A stretch of 64,000 bases of DNA, taken from NCBI GenBank assembly GCA_963555825.3, contig CAUVXB020000002.1, positions 2,720,001 to 2,784,000 on the forward strand, read 5' to 3'. The notes beneath the pieces were generated by a model. The model worked only from the letters and a program-made list of their open reading frames with translations, did not search any database and was not told the DNA's origin. This DNA is from Alphaproteobacteria bacterium (lineage in GTDB: Bacteria; Pseudomonadota; Alphaproteobacteria; JAAXGF01). A program made the translations under genes and the position numbers. This document shows, piece by piece, positions 62,449 to 64,000 of this stretch (position 1 is its first letter; each line of letters opens with the position of its first letter).

Positions 62449-64000
62449 TCACCGGCATGACGGCATCACCGGAAACAGCCAGTCATCGGCGTCCGGCGCA
62501 TGGAGTTCATCGGCCAGCGGCGCGCCCTGGTACATGGTGATCCGCGTCCAGCGGTCGGAACGGGGATCGAACTTGGCCGCGCCGAAGAAGGATAGCTTGC
62601 AGCGCAAGAGGTCGAGGGGCAGGCAATCCGCGCCGATCAGGTTCGAGCGTATCTCCGCGTAAGGCAGACGCGCCGTGGTCTGCACCCGACGCAGTGTATA
62701 GCGGTAGTCCGGCCGCGCCATGAGGAAGTCGGCGACCGTGTCAGCGGCGGGCTCAGCGGCCAGCAAGTCGTCCAGGGCCTGCACGTCGCGGGCGATGGCG
62801 AAGGGCATTTCATGCTCGATAGCCGGCTCGTCATGACGGTCGCCGAGCCTGGGCTCGAGTTTTTCCTCGGAGACATACCAGATCCGCCGCACCTGCTCAG
62901 CGTCTGAAAAGTCAATGTCGAGCGCCCAGGCGTAGTGTTCGGCGATCGCCGCGCGTAAGTCGGCCAGGATCATGGCGGGGTCGATGGGTGCTGCCTCGTC
63001 GGCGGACATCCGGTCGGCCAACTCGTCGATCAGGTCGCCATGAGGCTCGAGCATCAGACTGACCAGCAACTCCTGGCCTTCGAGGGACAGCGCGCCCTCG
63101 GCCCAGCCATAGAGCGCATTCCAGGGCCGCGGCCCGGCAAGGCTTCGCGCGCGCAAGGCGGATATGTCTTCACGCAAGGAGAAGATGCGCGCCATCTGGC
63201 GTTGATCGGCGACATTCCATTCGGCGACATGCTGTTGCGCCCTCTGGAGAAGTTCGGCGAAGCGCGCGACGACGCCGGGCGCAGCGGACTCGACCGAGCG
63301 GACGCGGGCAAGCGCGGTCTCGCGGGCCAGGAACCAATTGTTGATCAGCATCGGATGGCTCATCAGGAAGGGCGCCATGCCCAGGCCCGTGGCGTTGCCG
63401 ATGCCGATGAAGCGCTTCATGGCCGGCGCCAGAGGGACGAAGCGCGCCGGGTCGCGGCGGCGGGCGACATGCTCGACAAGATCGAGGGTGAAGCAGCGGG
63501 TCAGATAGACCGACAACATCTCCACGGCGAAGGGGCCCTGAAGCTCCGGGCGATGAAGATATTTGTCGCGGTCGGCCATGCCGAACTTGCCGTTGCCGTA
63601 GACCGCCGTGGTGCGCATGAGATAGCCGACCTCATTGACCATCTCCATGTCCGGCTGCGCGCCGCCGGACAAGCGCTGAACGATATGCTCGAACAGGCGC
63701 AGGCTCTTGTTGGCCCGCAACAGAGTGAGCTCGGACACCGAGCACCGCCCGGCCTCCTGTTTCGGCACATTGTCCGCGAGACGGCGGATGTCGTCGTCAC
63801 TCGGGCTGCCGTCGAACAGCGCGAAGGTCGCATCCCATTGCTCGGCAATCACCCGGTCGGTGCGCCGCGCCGCATCCAGGGCCTGGGAGAAGACGACCAG
63901 GCTATAGACCCGCTTGCCCGTATCGGCCGCATAGACCGCGACCCCGTAGCCGTCATCGTCGAGGTCGAAACGCGCGGCTTTGATCATCCACCGGTTGGCG
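62449..64000 (-). CDS. Conserved hypothetical protein (5' end outside window)
   Basis: Long open frame with conserved-looking blocks RTDRVIA..WD, RANKS.RLF, GYLMRTTAVYGNGKFG, GIGNATGLGMAPFL, KLEPRLG, KFDPRSDRWTRITMYQGAP. Confidence 0.85.
   Translation of the reverse strand, partial: ANRWMIKAARFDLDDDGYGVAVYAADTGKRVYSLVVFSQALDAARRTDRVIAEQWDATFALFDGSPSDDDIRRLADNVPKQEAGRCSVSELTLLRANKSLRLFEHIVQRLSGGAQPDMEMVNEVGYLMRTTAVYGNGKFGMADRDKYLHRPELQGPFAVEMLSVYLTRCFTLDLVEHVARRRDPARFVPLAPAMKRFIGIGNATGLGMAPFLMSHPMLINNWFLARETALARVRSVESAAPGVVARFAELLQRAQQHVAEWNVADQRQMARIFSLREDISALRARSLAGPRPWNALYGWAEGALSLEGQELLVSLMLEPHGDLIDELADRMSADEAAPIDPAMILADLRAAIAEHYAWALDIDFSDAEQVRRIWYVSEEKLEPRLGDRHDEPAIEHEMPFAIARDVQALDDLLAAEPAADTVADFLMARPDYRYTLRRVQTTARLPYAEIRSNLIGADCLPLDLLRCKLSFFGAAKFDPRSDRWTRITMYQGAPLADELHAPDADDWLFPVMPSCR

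Overview
High-GC alphaproteobacterial DNA (alpha-type LexA box GAAC-N7-GAAC, CTTGAC-N17-CTAAAT promoter, alpha-type CobW/CobP) in three zones. (1) 1-23.3 kb, core chromosome: riboswitch-led cobU(cobP)-cobW; a 3.6-kb insert bounded by foldback repeats (IS1111 element with readable bridge/seekRNA guides, VOC and Zn-ADH cargo); a LexA-box-led imuA-imuB-dnaE2 cassette with a REP-flanked RAYT (HUH Y1 transposase) inserted at the imuB/dnaE2 junction; methylmalonyl-CoA mutase; a 300-bp MITE; class V aminotransferase; adenylate cyclase; pyruvate carboxylase; meaB; rpmB; five GTAG REPs. (2) 23.4-55.5 kb, IS-riddled accessory mosaic (IS630, IS481-like, IS110, IS3, IS21, IS6, IS1380, three IS256, IS1182-like). 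It holds a probable sulfoacetate module (TctA fragment, SauS-like acylating aldehyde dehydrogenase, ADP-forming CoA ligase), a conjugative-element remnant (ssb, small ORFs, four-repeat zinc-finger protein, TraW/IcmX-like, DotA/TraY, VirD4-like) and a PLD-fold ORF. (3) 55.5-64 kb: SDR, Liv-type ABC transporter, DUF3726-like gene and a conserved hypothetical gene. No rRNA, tRNA or CRISPR array was seen. All family calls come from motif recognition by eye, with no database search.
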